Part shown: positions 28,613 through 40,512 of the stretch, in pieces
Layout of the letters: every line of letters begins with the position of its first letter
Numbering within the stretch: the stretch's first letter is position 1
The notes under the pieces: model-generated
Database searches by the model: none
Seen by the model: only the letters and a program-made list of their open reading frames with translations
What the model was told of the DNA's origin: nothing
Translations under genes and position numbers: made by a program
Assembly (NCBI GenBank): GCA_965248445.1
Contig: CBDFJG010000002.1
Span: 640,001 to 704,000 of the forward strand
Source: Planctomycetota bacterium
GTDB taxonomy: Bacteria; Planctomycetota; JAJSAM01; JAJVHW01
DNA length: 64,000 nt
Direction: 5' to 3'

Positions 28613-30811
28613 TTAGTCGCCCTCGCGGACCGTGGGGTCCGGGTACACGTGGCAGGTGCTCTGGAACGGCAGGTACTTCGCCCACTTCTTCGCCACGTGG
28701 TCGGCTGTCCGCTGGAAGTCCGACCGGAACGCATCAGTGTCGCGCTCCTCGATCTTGGCGCTCCTCACGGAGCGCTCGATCAGCGTGCCGTCGGGCAGCA
28801 CGAGCTTGTGCACGACCGGCGCGTCGATGACGTAGCTCCTCAGACCGCGGTCGCGCGCCGCCATGCAGAGATCCGCCCCGTAGCAGTGGAAGCCCGGTAC
28901 GCCGGGGTCGAACTCGAGCCCACGGGAGGCCCGGAACCCGAGCCACAGTTCATCGAGGATCTGCACCTCGGCCGGCAGGCCGGTCTTCGGGGGCTTGTGG
29001 TACTTGTGCGGGTCGCTCCAGTGGCCGATGTTCGGCGGCTCGGACCCGTCTCCGGTCGCCGGCGCGCGACCGGCTGCGCCCACGACGCCCCAGTGCGGGT
29101 CCCGCGCTTCAAGCTCTGCCAGGGCACGGAAGAGACGGTCCTCCCAGTCCGGCGGGAAGAAGACGTCCTGGTGCACGTGGAAGCGCAGGTCGTGTCGCGC
29201 GCGCTTCGACGCGTCGTTGTACAGACGCGAGATCGAGCTGTACGCGCGGTTCCCACCGTTCTCGACGAACAGCCATTGGTGGCCGCCGTGCTGAAAGCAC
29301 TCCGAGACCAGGACGTGGCGGCGCAGTTCGTCGGCATCCGCGACCGCGACGATGAACGTGATCGGCTCACGCTCGTCGATCGGGATCTCGTCGTACGTGC
29401 GGTGTTTCTCGAGCGGCATCAGCTTGCGGCGCGAGCGCGTCTTGCGCACGAACCGCGGCCACTGCTCGCTGAAGCCCAGCAGGTCGGTCTCCTCCCCCGA
29501 GTTCGTGCGCGCGCGCACGGCCGCGGCCAATCCGCCTTCCTCGCGCTCCGGCCGCCGTAAGGGCCTCTGCGCGCCGGAGGCGCGATTGACGTGCTCGCCG
29601 GGGTCGAGGGCGAGGTCGTACTCCTCGCGCCAGGACTGGCGGCCGATGCGGCTCTCGATCGTCTTGCGGGGCCACGCGATGGTTGCGCGGCTCGCCAGGT
29701 CGTAGCGCTTGTACTCGTACCGCCGCATCCGGTCCCCGGCGTCACCGGGAGGCAGATACAGATAGCCGAAGTCCTCCGCGTGGATCTCGCGCGCCGCGGG
29801 CAGCCGGCGAAGATCGTGTCCCGGCAGCGCTGCGGCAGCCTCGTCTGCGCCGCCGATCCCGAGAAGCGTGGGCGCGACGTCGATGAGCGAACACGGGGCG
29901 GTGACCTCACTGCCGGGTGGCGGCGCGCCATCGACACTCGGCGGGTAGACGACCAGCAGCGGGACGCGCAGAAGGTCGTCGTGGAGCCTCCCGCAGTGAT
30001 GCACGCGCTCGCGGTCGGCGTCGAAGCCCTCGCCGTGGTCCGACGCCAGGACGACGACCGTCGTGCTCCAGTCGATGGGGGCGAGTGCGGCGGCCAGGCG
30101 CCGGTCGAACTCCTCGATGCCTCCGTCGTACTTGGCCAGGAGGGCACGGCGGACCTGATCCGTGGTGAGACCGTTGGGCGGTTCGCGAAACACGAACGGA
30201 CCGTCGCGAAACGAGCGGAGAACGGGCGGCACGGGTCCGCCGAGGAAGCGTTCGACATCCACCGTCCAGGGGCGCTCCTCGTCGTAGTCGTGCACGAGGT
30301 TCGTGTGGAGCATGGCGAACCAGGGCCGGCCGTCGTCGCCGCGCGATCCGAGCCACTCGTCGAACGCTTCGAACGGGGCGTCCTTCTCGTGTTTGTGGAA
30401 CCAGCGATACGCCTCGAAGCCCTCCTGCCACCCGAAGTGCTTCCAGACCTCGGGCCGGCGTTCGAAACCGAGCGCGTCCAGCGTCTCTTTCGGGATGTCG
30501 TCGGGGACCAGGTTCCCGTTGTTGCCGATCCCGAGCGTCGCCCAACCGTGTCCGAGAAGAGCCGGGATCTTCGGAGCTTGGAATCGGTGTTCGTGGTGAA
30601 CCAGACCATGCTCACTCGGCAGTCGTCCGGTCAGCAGCGAGGCGCATGCCGGAAGCGTCCACCCGCAAGGGGACCAGCAGTGCGTGTGGCGCACTCCGCG
30701 CTCGGTCAGCTCGGATAGGAACGGGGTCTCTGCGCGAGCTGCCGGGGCGGGGGCGAGGCGGTCGAAGCGCAGGTCGTCGACGACCACGAGCAGGAGGTTC
30801 GGCTGGGCCAC
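28613..30811 (-). CDS. Sulfatase-like hydrolase/transferase fused to a GT-A glycosyltransferase-like domain
   Basis: N-half PNLLLVVVDDLRFD, WTLPACASLLTG, SDHGE and RVPL. C-half HQDV, GVVGAAG, LDE and FHCYGADLC. Confidence 0.8.
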   Translation of the reverse strand: MAQPNLLLVVVDDLRFDRLAPAPAARAETPFLSELTERGVRHTHCWSPCGWTLPACASLLTGRLPSEHGLVHHEHRFQAPKIPALLGHGWATLGIGNNGNLVPDDIPKETLDALGFERRPEVWKHFGWQEGFEAYRWFHKHEKDAPFEAFDEWLGSRGDDGRPWFAMLHTNLVHDYDEERPWTVDVERFLGGPVPPVLRSFRDGPFVFREPPNGLTTDQVRRALLAKYDGGIEEFDRRLAAALAPIDWSTTVVVLASDHGEGFDADRERVHHCGRLHDDLLRVPLLVVYPPSVDGAPPPGSEVTAPCSLIDVAPTLLGIGGADEAAAALPGHDLRRLPAAREIHAEDFGYLYLPPGDAGDRMRRYEYKRYDLASRATIAWPRKTIESRIGRQSWREEYDLALDPGEHVNRASGAQRPLRRPEREEGGLAAAVRARTNSGEETDLLGFSEQWPRFVRKTRSRRKLMPLEKHRTYDEIPIDEREPITFIVAVADADELRRHVLVSECFQHGGHQWLFVENGGNRAYSSISRLYNDASKRARHDLRFHVHQDVFFPPDWEDRLFRALAELEARDPHWGVVGAAGRAPATGDGSEPPNIGHWSDPHKYHKPPKTGLPAEVQILDELWLGFRASRGLEFDPGVPGFHCYGADLCMAARDRGLRSYVIDAPVVHKLVLPDGTLIERSVRSAKIEERDTDAFRSDFQRTADHVAKKWAKYLPFQSTCHVYPDPTVREGD

Positions 30812-31132
30812 GCCGTCAGGGGAACGCGCGCTCGTCGGGAACGCCAGATTCGAGCGGCACGTGCGGTCGCCCCCGGGAGGCCGGCCCCCGGGAGAAGGGA
30901 GAAGGCTGCCCCGGGAGGAGCCTGTAAAGCAGCGCAGCGCGGCGCGCGGCGGGGGTCGCCGCGCTGCGCGCATGGGCCGGTTCGCTGTGCGTGTGAGATG
31001 GGAAGGAGGGGAGACGTCAGCTAGTCGCGTGCTTCGCGACTCCGGCAGCGGTTCAAACAGCCTTGCGCGCCGGCCTATTCCCCACGCGCACGCCCGAGCG
31101 CGCCCGGTGCTCAGCAGAGGACGCATGAAAGA

Positions 31133-31166
31133 ACGGAGCCCCGCCGCGTATGCGGCGGGGCTCCGT
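31133..31166 (-). terminator. Rho-independent terminator of the AT-hook protein gene
   Basis: 15-bp perfect stem acggagccccgccgc / gcggcggggctccgt, followed by TCTTT on the minus strand. Confidence 0.8.
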
Positions 31167-31191
31167 GAGCCCATTCGCTCCGAAGGAAGGG

Positions 31192-31482
31192 CTAGAGCTT
31201 CTTCTTCGGAGGGAGTCCGCGGCCCTTGCGCATTTTGTTGATGCGCGAGAGCTTCTCGGCCGCGCTGTAGTTGGCCCACGGGTTCTTCCTGGGCTTGCTG
31301 CTCTTGCGGCGCCGTTTCACCGCCGTGCCCGGGGGACGGCCGCGTTTGGCGCCGCCTACGAGGCTCCGCAGGTCGGCAAGCGCCTCCTCGCGGCCCTCCT
31401 TGCGCGCCGTTTCGACCAGGTTGGAGAGTCGCCTCTCCAGGTCGGACAGCAGCGCATCAGTCTTGTTCGCAATTCGTGGCAT
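31192..31482 (-). CDS. Small basic AT-hook-like DNA-binding protein
   Basis: AAGGAG RBS; helical N-terminus, KRGRPP motif, Lys/Arg-rich tail; has its own terminator. Confidence 0.7.
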   Translation of the reverse strand: MPRIANKTDALLSDLERRLSNLVETARKEGREEALADLRSLVGGAKRGRPPGTAVKRRRKSSKPRKNPWANYSAAEKLSRINKMRKGRGLPPKKKL

Positions 31483-31744
31483 TCAGTCTCCTTCTCGGGA
31501 CCGTGTCCCGTCGATCGGTGAAAAGGTCTCCAGGAATTCCGCCATGTAGAAGGGTAACGAAGGGATTTCCGCGAGGCCAAGACCGGCTGCCGGTCGCGCA
31601 GGCTCGACGTTGCGACGTTGGGCGTCGACAACGCGGAACGTGTGGTGCATTCGCCACGAGGACGATGTGCAAATGCATCGACATCTCCCCAAAGCAGCGT
31701 TCAGAAATCGCCATATACGAGCGAACCCCTGCCGGTGAGGACCT

Positions 31745-31948
31745 GTGAAGACTGAGCCCAATTCCCCTGCGCGACTTCGCCGCCCGCACTTCGACCCCTG
31801 GATCGGGGACTACGCGGCGGACAGGCTCGATTCACACTCTTCGCGCCTGCTGGAGACGCACGTGACCGGCTGCGATCTCTGCTTCGCCGCCCTCGTCGCC
31901 GCGTACGTCCGCGGCGCCCCCGCGCCGCAGTCCACGCCAACGGCATAG
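31745..31948 (+). CDS. Stand-alone zinc-binding anti-sigma (zf-HC2/ZAS) domain protein
   Basis: DYAADRL...LETHVTGCDLC gives HxxxCxxC; lies directly upstream of a sigma factor. Confidence 0.7.
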   Translation: MKTEPNSPARLRRPHFDPWIGDYAADRLDSHSSRLLETHVTGCDLCFAALVAAYVRGAPAPQSTPTA

Positions 31949-31996
31949 CCCTTGCCTCCCTCTGCCGCCGCGCGATTGCGGCGAAACGGCAGGAGG

Positions 31997-32664
31997 ATGC
32001 GGGTGTCACGCACGAACGGATCGCGAGTACGGAGCAATGGCGGCACCAGCGCAACGGTCCGCGGTTCCCGTGTGGCCAAGCGGCGCCCGCGCGAGGACAC
32101 GAGCCACCCGGCTCTGATGGTTGCGCTCCGCGACGAGCAGCGCACGCGCACCCTCTTCACGAAGCTCTCCTTCATGGCGCGCGCCCGCTACGGCCTCCGC
32201 CCCGACGACTCCGAGGACGTCTTCCACGAGGCCGTCGCGACGTACCTGACGATCCACGCGCGCTACCCGTCGGGAGACAACCACTTCGGGCTGCTCGTCG
32301 GCATCTTCCACAAGAAGGCCCTCGAGCACCTCGGGGCGCGGCAACGCACCGGCGCACCGGCCGCGTGGCTCGCCGATTTGTCGCGCGGCTGCGCAGCGAC
32401 CGGCCGGACATGGCCCGCGGCGAGGACCCGAAGGGCGCGACCGTGCAGCGCGTCATCCGGGACGAGGACGCGCAGCTGATCAGCGCGGCGATCTCGACGC
32501 TCTCCGACGAGGGACGCGAGTTGCTGCTCACTCTGGCAGAGGGGCGCATGACCCGTCTCGAGCTGATCGAGAGCCTCGGCATCAACCGCAACACCTTCGA
32601 CACGCGACTACGCTCGCTCCGGCTCAAGCTGAAAGAGACCCTGCTTCGGCAGGGCGTTCTCTAG
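31997..32664 (+). pseudogene. ECF-type sigma-70 factor, frameshifted by an 8-bp duplication
   Basis: Region-2-like DSEDVFHEAV and region-4-like AISTLSDEGRELL...LGINRNTFDTRL are in different frames; CGCACCGG is doubled at 32345-32360. Confidence 0.8.
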
Positions 32665-32775
32665 CCCGCATCCGCAACGGGTTCGGCGTGCGGTGTTCTC
32701 CGCACAGGTGCTGCTGCAGCCCTTGTCGCCGGTCGCCGCTGCCCCGTTTGGATTCGCGTCTGGATTCGCAGCGGC

Positions 32776-33285
32776 TCAGTACGTGAGGTGGCGCCGCGCC
32801 CGCTTCACCTGCCCGCGCCGGATGAGCATCAGCACGACGATCGCAATCAGCGATCCGAAGGTGATGTTCTTCGCGTCCTCGATGAGCTTCGCGGTGGCGA
32901 TGGGGTCACTGCTGCCCGCGACCTCGGCGGTCGGGTGCAGAGTGATGTCCTTGTCCTCTTTGGGGATCGTGAGCCGCTGGTGATCGATCACGAGGACGCG
33001 AGACGTCGTCAAGTCCGTGTGGATCGGCTCGCCGTAGATCGAGACCACTACGCGGCGGCGCTCCTCGCCCTTCAACCGCCGGAGGTCGGACCGCGCCTGG
33101 CTGCGGTTCATGTCGATCGACGAGTACTCGGTCACGGCGCTCTTCATCAGCACGACGTCGCGGCCCCACGCCCGGTCCAGCCCCCACGCCACCGGGAACG
33201 CGAGCGCTCCCAGTGCGGCGAGGAACAGCAGAAGTTGGACGATCTTCGTCACGTGGTGGGGGCGGCCCACCACCGGCAAGCTCAC
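32776..33285 (-). CDS. Hypothetical two-TM membrane protein
   Basis: Hydrophobic segments at both termini. Confidence 0.65.
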   Translation of the reverse strand: MSLPVVGRPHHVTKIVQLLLFLAALGALAFPVAWGLDRAWGRDVVLMKSAVTEYSSIDMNRSQARSDLRRLKGEERRRVVVSIYGEPIHTDLTTSRVLVIDHQRLTIPKEDKDITLHPTAEVAGSSDPIATAKLIEDAKNITFGSLIAIVVLMLIRRGQVKRARRHLTY

Positions 33286-33404
33286 CCAGGGTCACACTAA
33301 CTCACACGGGGGTCGTCATCCGTCTATCGGGGCGCTCACCGAAACCGTCGAGAGGCCCTCTGGACTCACTTGGCGGGCGGGCGCCGCCCGGCTACGAGTG
33401 AGGC

Positions 33405-33710
33405 GTGAGTTGCTCCCACGACCATTCCGGCGACAGCGAGCGGGACCTGTGCATCTGCTTCCACGTCCCGCGCGACAAGATCATCCGCTACATCAAGCGG
33501 GAGCGGCCGAAGGTCCCCTCCCTTCTCTCGGAGTGCCTCTCCGCCGGCACCGGCTGCGGCTGGTGCGTCCCGTTCCTCGAGAAACTCCACGAGGAGGTGA
33601 TGGCGGGGCAGGAGCCGTCACCGGCGATGACCGGCGAGGAGTACCGCGCGCGGCGCCTGCGGTATCACGAGAAGCTGCGGCAGGGTGTCGCGAACCCTCG
33701 CGAGGACTGA
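33405..33710 (+). CDS. BFD-like (2Fe-2S)-binding protein
   Basis: LCICFHV...AGTGCGWC. Confidence 0.85.
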   Translation: MSCSHDHSGDSERDLCICFHVPRDKIIRYIKRERPKVPSLLSECLSAGTGCGWCVPFLEKLHEEVMAGQEPSPAMTGEEYRARRLRYHEKLRQGVANPRED

Positions 33711-33746
33711 CCCGCACGATCGCGCAGCGCGCGTGTCGGCCGGCGC

Positions 33747-33920
33747 CTAGGTGGACTTTTGCCAGCGCCAGGAGGTGCAGCAGAGTACGCCGACGCCGCC
33801 GATGACCATCACCACCAGACCGATCTCGTAATGGTCCTGTCGCTGGTCGGTCTTCAATCCGTCCCCGGCCATCACCACAGCTCCGGCCAGCACGACGATC
33901 GCCCAGGCGATGGCTTTCAT
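33747..33920 (-). CDS. Small two-TM membrane protein
   Basis: MKAIAWAIVVLAGAVVMAG...IGLVVMVIGGVGVL, immediately downstream of the kinase gene. Confidence 0.6.
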   Translation of the reverse strand: MKAIAWAIVVLAGAVVMAGDGLKTDQRQDHYEIGLVVMVIGGVGVLCCTSWRWQKST

Positions 33921-33928
33921 CGTTGCCG

Positions 33929-35791
33929 CTACTTGCTCGCGTCGTCCGGATCGACGAAGAAGCGGCGCAACTTGTCCTTCGCGTCGCCCATGGCGTCGAC
34001 GATGGTCGCCGTCACCGCATGCTCCTGCGCCTGCTCGCTCAGTCCCAGCTCGCGGGCCAGCACGGCGAGGAACACGTTCTCGTCCACCCGGCGAATCGAC
34101 GTGAACTTCTTGAACAGCTTCCACACCGCTTCGGCCCCGACGGTCGTCCACTCGATGCGGCGCGGCAGGTCCCCTGCCTTCGAGGACAGGCCCTTCTCGT
34201 CGGCTGACACCAGCACCTCGTCGTGACCCGCGTCCTTCTTGACGACGACGGCCATTATCTGGTTGGCTTCGAATCCTGCGTTCAGGCGCTTCGTGAACTC
34301 GACTGACAGGTAGTCGATGCGCGTGGACTTCTTGCGCCAGTCCTGGAACGACTCGCCTTCGATCTTCGAGTGCTTGGAGGCGATCCCCTTCGCTGCGCCG
34401 AAGTCGTAACGGCCGATCGCCTCGAGCAGCGCCTTGCGCTCGTTGTTGACGCGGTCATCAACCGCTGCGCGTTCCTTCGCCCTGACTGCGTCGGCCTCGG
34501 CCTGAGCGGCACGGCGTTTCGCGCCCTTCAGGTCATCGCCGGCCTTCAGCCCCCACTCGGTGCCCGTGTGGTCCGTGGCCACCTGCTCCCACTTCTTCAC
34601 GGCGCCGGCGTAGTCCCTCTTGTTGTTCGCCACCCAGGCAACCGCGTTCTCGTACGCGACCTTCGCGGCCGCGATCTTGGGGTCGACCTTCGGCACGGGC
34701 GGCGTGGCGGTGTCGCCGTTGCCGGCCCGGACGCCACCGCCATGGCGCGGCGGGGGCGGATTCACCACGTCGGGAGGGACGGCGCCGGTGTCCGTCTCGT
34801 CGCCCTTGCCCTTCAGCAGGAACACAGCGGCGATCGCGGCCACGACGATCAGCCCGATCACGCCGGCGATCATCGGCGCGTTGCTCGACGACTTCGCCGC
34901 GGCGCGCGAACGCCGCTTGCGCTTGCCGCCCTTGCCCGATGTCTGCTGCGCGCGGGTCTCGACGAACGGTGCGAGCATCTCGACTGCTTCGGCGGACGTC
35001 GGCCGGTAGCCCTTTGCGGACACCAGCAGCTTCTTGACGATGTCGTCGTAGTCCGAGCCGAGGTCGGGCTTCACCACGGACGGCAGAATCAGGTCCGCCT
35101 TCACGTGGGCGGCGAGGATCTCCTTGACCGTGCCGCCGGTGTACGGAAGCTCACCCGTGAGCATCTTGTAGATGCAGATGCCGAGCGCGTAGACGTCGCT
35201 CTTCTCGTCGATGCGCTTGCCCTGACACGCCTCGGGCGACATGTAGAGCGGTGTTCCGATGCGCGTCGTCGTGGCGCCGCCGGCCAGCCCGAAGTCGAGC
35301 ACCTTGACCAGACCCGTGCCGCGTTCGAGCATCACGTTGGGCGGCTTCACGTCGCGGTGCACGACGCCGGCTTCGTGCGCCGCTTCGAGTGCCTGCGCGA
35401 TCTCGAGCGCGATGCGCAGCGCCTTCTTGACCGGCAGCGCGCCGTCGCGCTTGATCAGCTCATGGAGCGTCTCGCCCGAGACGAGCTCCATGAGGATGCA
35501 GACCTCGTGCTCGTCGTCCTCGACGACGTCGTACACGCGGACGACGTTGGCGTGCTCGACCTGAGCGATTGCGCGCGCCTCTGCAATGAAGCGATCTCGC
35601 ATGTCGTCCGTGCCGGAGAACTCCCCGGCCATGACCTTCAGCGCGATGTCGCGGCCGAGCGGCTCGTAGTGCGCGCGGTAGACCCCGGACGTTCTCCCGT
35701 ACCCGAGCGGCTCTCCGACGACGCATCTGGCGATCGTCTTGCCGACGTGCTGGCGGGGGTTGGAGGGGGGCTGCAGCGGGGCTCGGGACAT
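33929..35791 (-). CDS. Membrane Ser/Thr (Hanks-type) protein kinase
   Basis: Motifs IALK, HRDVKPPN, DFGLA, GTPLYMSPE and DVYALG; TM segment and extracytoplasmic helical domain. Confidence 0.93.
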   Translation of the reverse strand: MSRAPLQPPSNPRQHVGKTIARCVVGEPLGYGRTSGVYRAHYEPLGRDIALKVMAGEFSGTDDMRDRFIAEARAIAQVEHANVVRVYDVVEDDEHEVCILMELVSGETLHELIKRDGALPVKKALRIALEIAQALEAAHEAGVVHRDVKPPNVMLERGTGLVKVLDFGLAGGATTTRIGTPLYMSPEACQGKRIDEKSDVYALGICIYKMLTGELPYTGGTVKEILAAHVKADLILPSVVKPDLGSDYDDIVKKLLVSAKGYRPTSAEAVEMLAPFVETRAQQTSGKGGKRKRRSRAAAKSSSNAPMIAGVIGLIVVAAIAAVFLLKGKGDETDTGAVPPDVVNPPPPRHGGGVRAGNGDTATPPVPKVDPKIAAAKVAYENAVAWVANNKRDYAGAVKKWEQVATDHTGTEWGLKAGDDLKGAKRRAAQAEADAVRAKERAAVDDRVNNERKALLEAIGRYDFGAAKGIASKHSKIEGESFQDWRKKSTRIDYLSVEFTKRLNAGFEANQIMAVVVKKDAGHDEVLVSADEKGLSSKAGDLPRRIEWTTVGAEAVWKLFKKFTSIRRVDENVFLAVLARELGLSEQAQEHAVTATIVDAMGDAKDKLRRFFVDPDDASK

Positions 35792-36055
35792 ATCGAGGCG
35801 GTCTCTGGTGTTCTGAGAGGGGAGAGCGGCTCTCTCCCGCGAGGCTGGGCGCCCGAGGCGCGCGCCTCCGTCCGAGCATAGCCAAAGCTGCAGGCTGCCG
35901 ATATGGATGTCGGGGTGTCAGTTGATCCCCCGCGGGCTGCCGACCCGTCCAAAGAGGGGGACGCAGGCCCGAGACTGGGCGAGACTGACATCGCCACGCG
36001 GGGCCGAGCGTCGCGTGGCACGCCGTGTGCCTGAAGAGTCCTGGAGGAACCTGAG

Positions 36056-38641
<2,586 letters not shown>

Positions 38642-38863
38642 CGGGCTCGCTGCCGAGCGTCACGAGGATCGCGGGGCGATCCTGGCGCCGCGCGCCGTTC
38701 GCATGACTTCCTCCTACGCGGCTCGCAACCGTCGCGCCCTGCGCGATTCTCGCAACGAGGGCCGCCCGCTGTAGGGCCGGGCCGCCGCGCCCGCCCGCTC
38801 CCTCGCATCGGACCCCTGGGGTCCGCGATACTGCTCTTCCAACCAACGAAGAGGAGCACCGCG

Positions 38864-39313
38864 ATGAAGCCCCCGCCCAAGGACTGGCCCCGCATGTCGA
38901 GCGCGATCTTCTGCGCCGACGCCATGGCCGAGATCGAGTTCATGAAGCAGGCCTTCGGCTTCGCCGCCAAGCTCGTGGTCCCCGGTGAGGACGGGAAGGT
39001 CCTGCACTCCCAGCTCACCTACGGCGGCGGCCTCGTGATGGTGGCGTCGGCCGGCGCCTCGCCCCGTCCGACAGCCTCGATCTGCCGCTCACCGCAGCAC
39101 CTCGATGGCTCCAACACCCAGAGCCTGATGCTCTACGTCGACGACGTGGACGCCCACTGCGCCCACGCCCGCGAGCACGGCGCCGAGGTCGTCATGGAGC
39201 CCGAGACCATGAACTACGGGGACGAGTACTGGACCGATCGCAGCTACGAGTGCGTGGACCCCGAGGGCCACCACTGGTGGTTCGTCGAGCGGATCAAGAC
39301 GGCGGGCGACTGA
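38864..39313 (+). CDS. VOC/glyoxalase family protein
   Basis: Motifs AFGF, LYVDDVDAH and DPEGHHWWF. Confidence 0.9.
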   Translation: MKPPPKDWPRMSSAIFCADAMAEIEFMKQAFGFAAKLVVPGEDGKVLHSQLTYGGGLVMVASAGASPRPTASICRSPQHLDGSNTQSLMLYVDDVDAHCAHAREHGAEVVMEPETMNYGDEYWTDRSYECVDPEGHHWWFVERIKTAGD

Positions 39314-39424
39314 TCCCCTGGATCTCCCGCGGCCTCAGGCTCCGCCGGAGCCTCGGAATCCGTCCGTTCGACCCGGAATCCAGCGATCCGTCCCGATCCT
39401 GGTTCGTTCAGGCAGGATGAGGTC

Positions 39425-40480
39425 ATGACCCGGACCGAGACTCCTTCATCCGGCGGGGGCGCGAGCGCCCTCACCGCCTGGCTCGCAGGCGGTGTCTTCG
39501 TGCTGCTCGCGCTCCAGGTCTTCGCGATCTGGGACTCCCGCGCCGCGGCCGAGCGGACCAAGACCGCGATGGCCGACCTCGAAGCGATGGCCGCCAAGCT
39601 CGAGAAGGCCTCTCTCAAGATGGAGAGCATGGACCGCCGAATGGCGGAGCTCGAGCGGCTGATGACCGTTGCCGACGACTGGGACTTCGTGGTCGACGAG
39701 ATCGTGCGCACGCGCACCCGGGTCGACGACATCATCATCGCGCTCGAGAACCGCGGCGAGCAGCTGGGCGAGGAGATCAACCAGCCCCCCGACCTCGACT
39801 GGACGCAGCCCGAGCTGTTCGACGCCGCCAAGCGCGCCGCCGAGCAGGTCGGCATCGAGCTGCGTCCCGACGAGGTACGCGTCCCCGCGCGCCTGGTGCT
39901 GAAGTCGGGTGTCCTCGAATACCTCGCGTGTCTCGAGGGCGGCAAGCTGCACGAGTCACTGGTCGAGCTGATCGGCAACGGCGGCAGCGAGGAAACCCGC
40001 CGGCACAAGCAGTTCGGCGCGCGTCTGAACAACGCGCTCCAGGCGATCGGTTTCACCCGCGGGGAGCCGATCCGGTTCTCCCGCGGCGGCACGCGTCCGG
40101 CGCAGGGTGCGCCCGTCTACCTGTTCATCGAGTGGGAGGAGGAGGGGAAGCCCGTCACGGTGCGCGCCGAGGACCTCGTCTGGAACCACGTCGAGAGCCG
40201 TCCGATGGAGCGGGGCGCGTGGGTCTACGTAGGCTCCCGCTTCGTCGAGGGCATGGACGAGGGCGAGATCGTGTACGCCGCGGACCTGACCGCCGAGGCC
40301 GTCGCGACGTACTCCTCGCCGACCACGATCATCGACACCACCGCGGTGGGGGCCCAGGACGACACGGTCTTCATCGTGGCCACGCCCCGGCTTCCCGAGG
40401 GCGTGATCGACTGCACGTTCGTCCTACGTAAGGAAGACAAAGCCCCGTCACGGGAGTTCACTCTCCCGGAAGATGAGTGA
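39425..40480 (+). CDS. YdjY-like domain membrane-anchored protein
   Basis: TM plus coiled coil, then LEYLAC..GGKLHESL, VRAEDLV and WVYVGSRF. Confidence 0.65.
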   Translation: MTRTETPSSGGGASALTAWLAGGVFVLLALQVFAIWDSRAAAERTKTAMADLEAMAAKLEKASLKMESMDRRMAELERLMTVADDWDFVVDEIVRTRTRVDDIIIALENRGEQLGEEINQPPDLDWTQPELFDAAKRAAEQVGIELRPDEVRVPARLVLKSGVLEYLACLEGGKLHESLVELIGNGGSEETRRHKQFGARLNNALQAIGFTRGEPIRFSRGGTRPAQGAPVYLFIEWEEEGKPVTVRAEDLVWNHVESRPMERGAWVYVGSRFVEGMDEGEIVYAADLTAEAVATYSSPTTIIDTTAVGAQDDTVFIVATPRLPEGVIDCTFVLRKEDKAPSREFTLPEDE

Positions 40481-40512
40481 GCTCGGGTACCGATACTGAG
40501 ACATGGCGCTGA

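Noticed and set aside
31605..31620. Third 8-bp tandem duplication, CGACGTTG x2, resembling IS66 targets
   Set aside because: It is intergenic, so there is no frame test, and a few such duplications are expected by chance in 64 kb of GC-rich DNA. Suggestive only.
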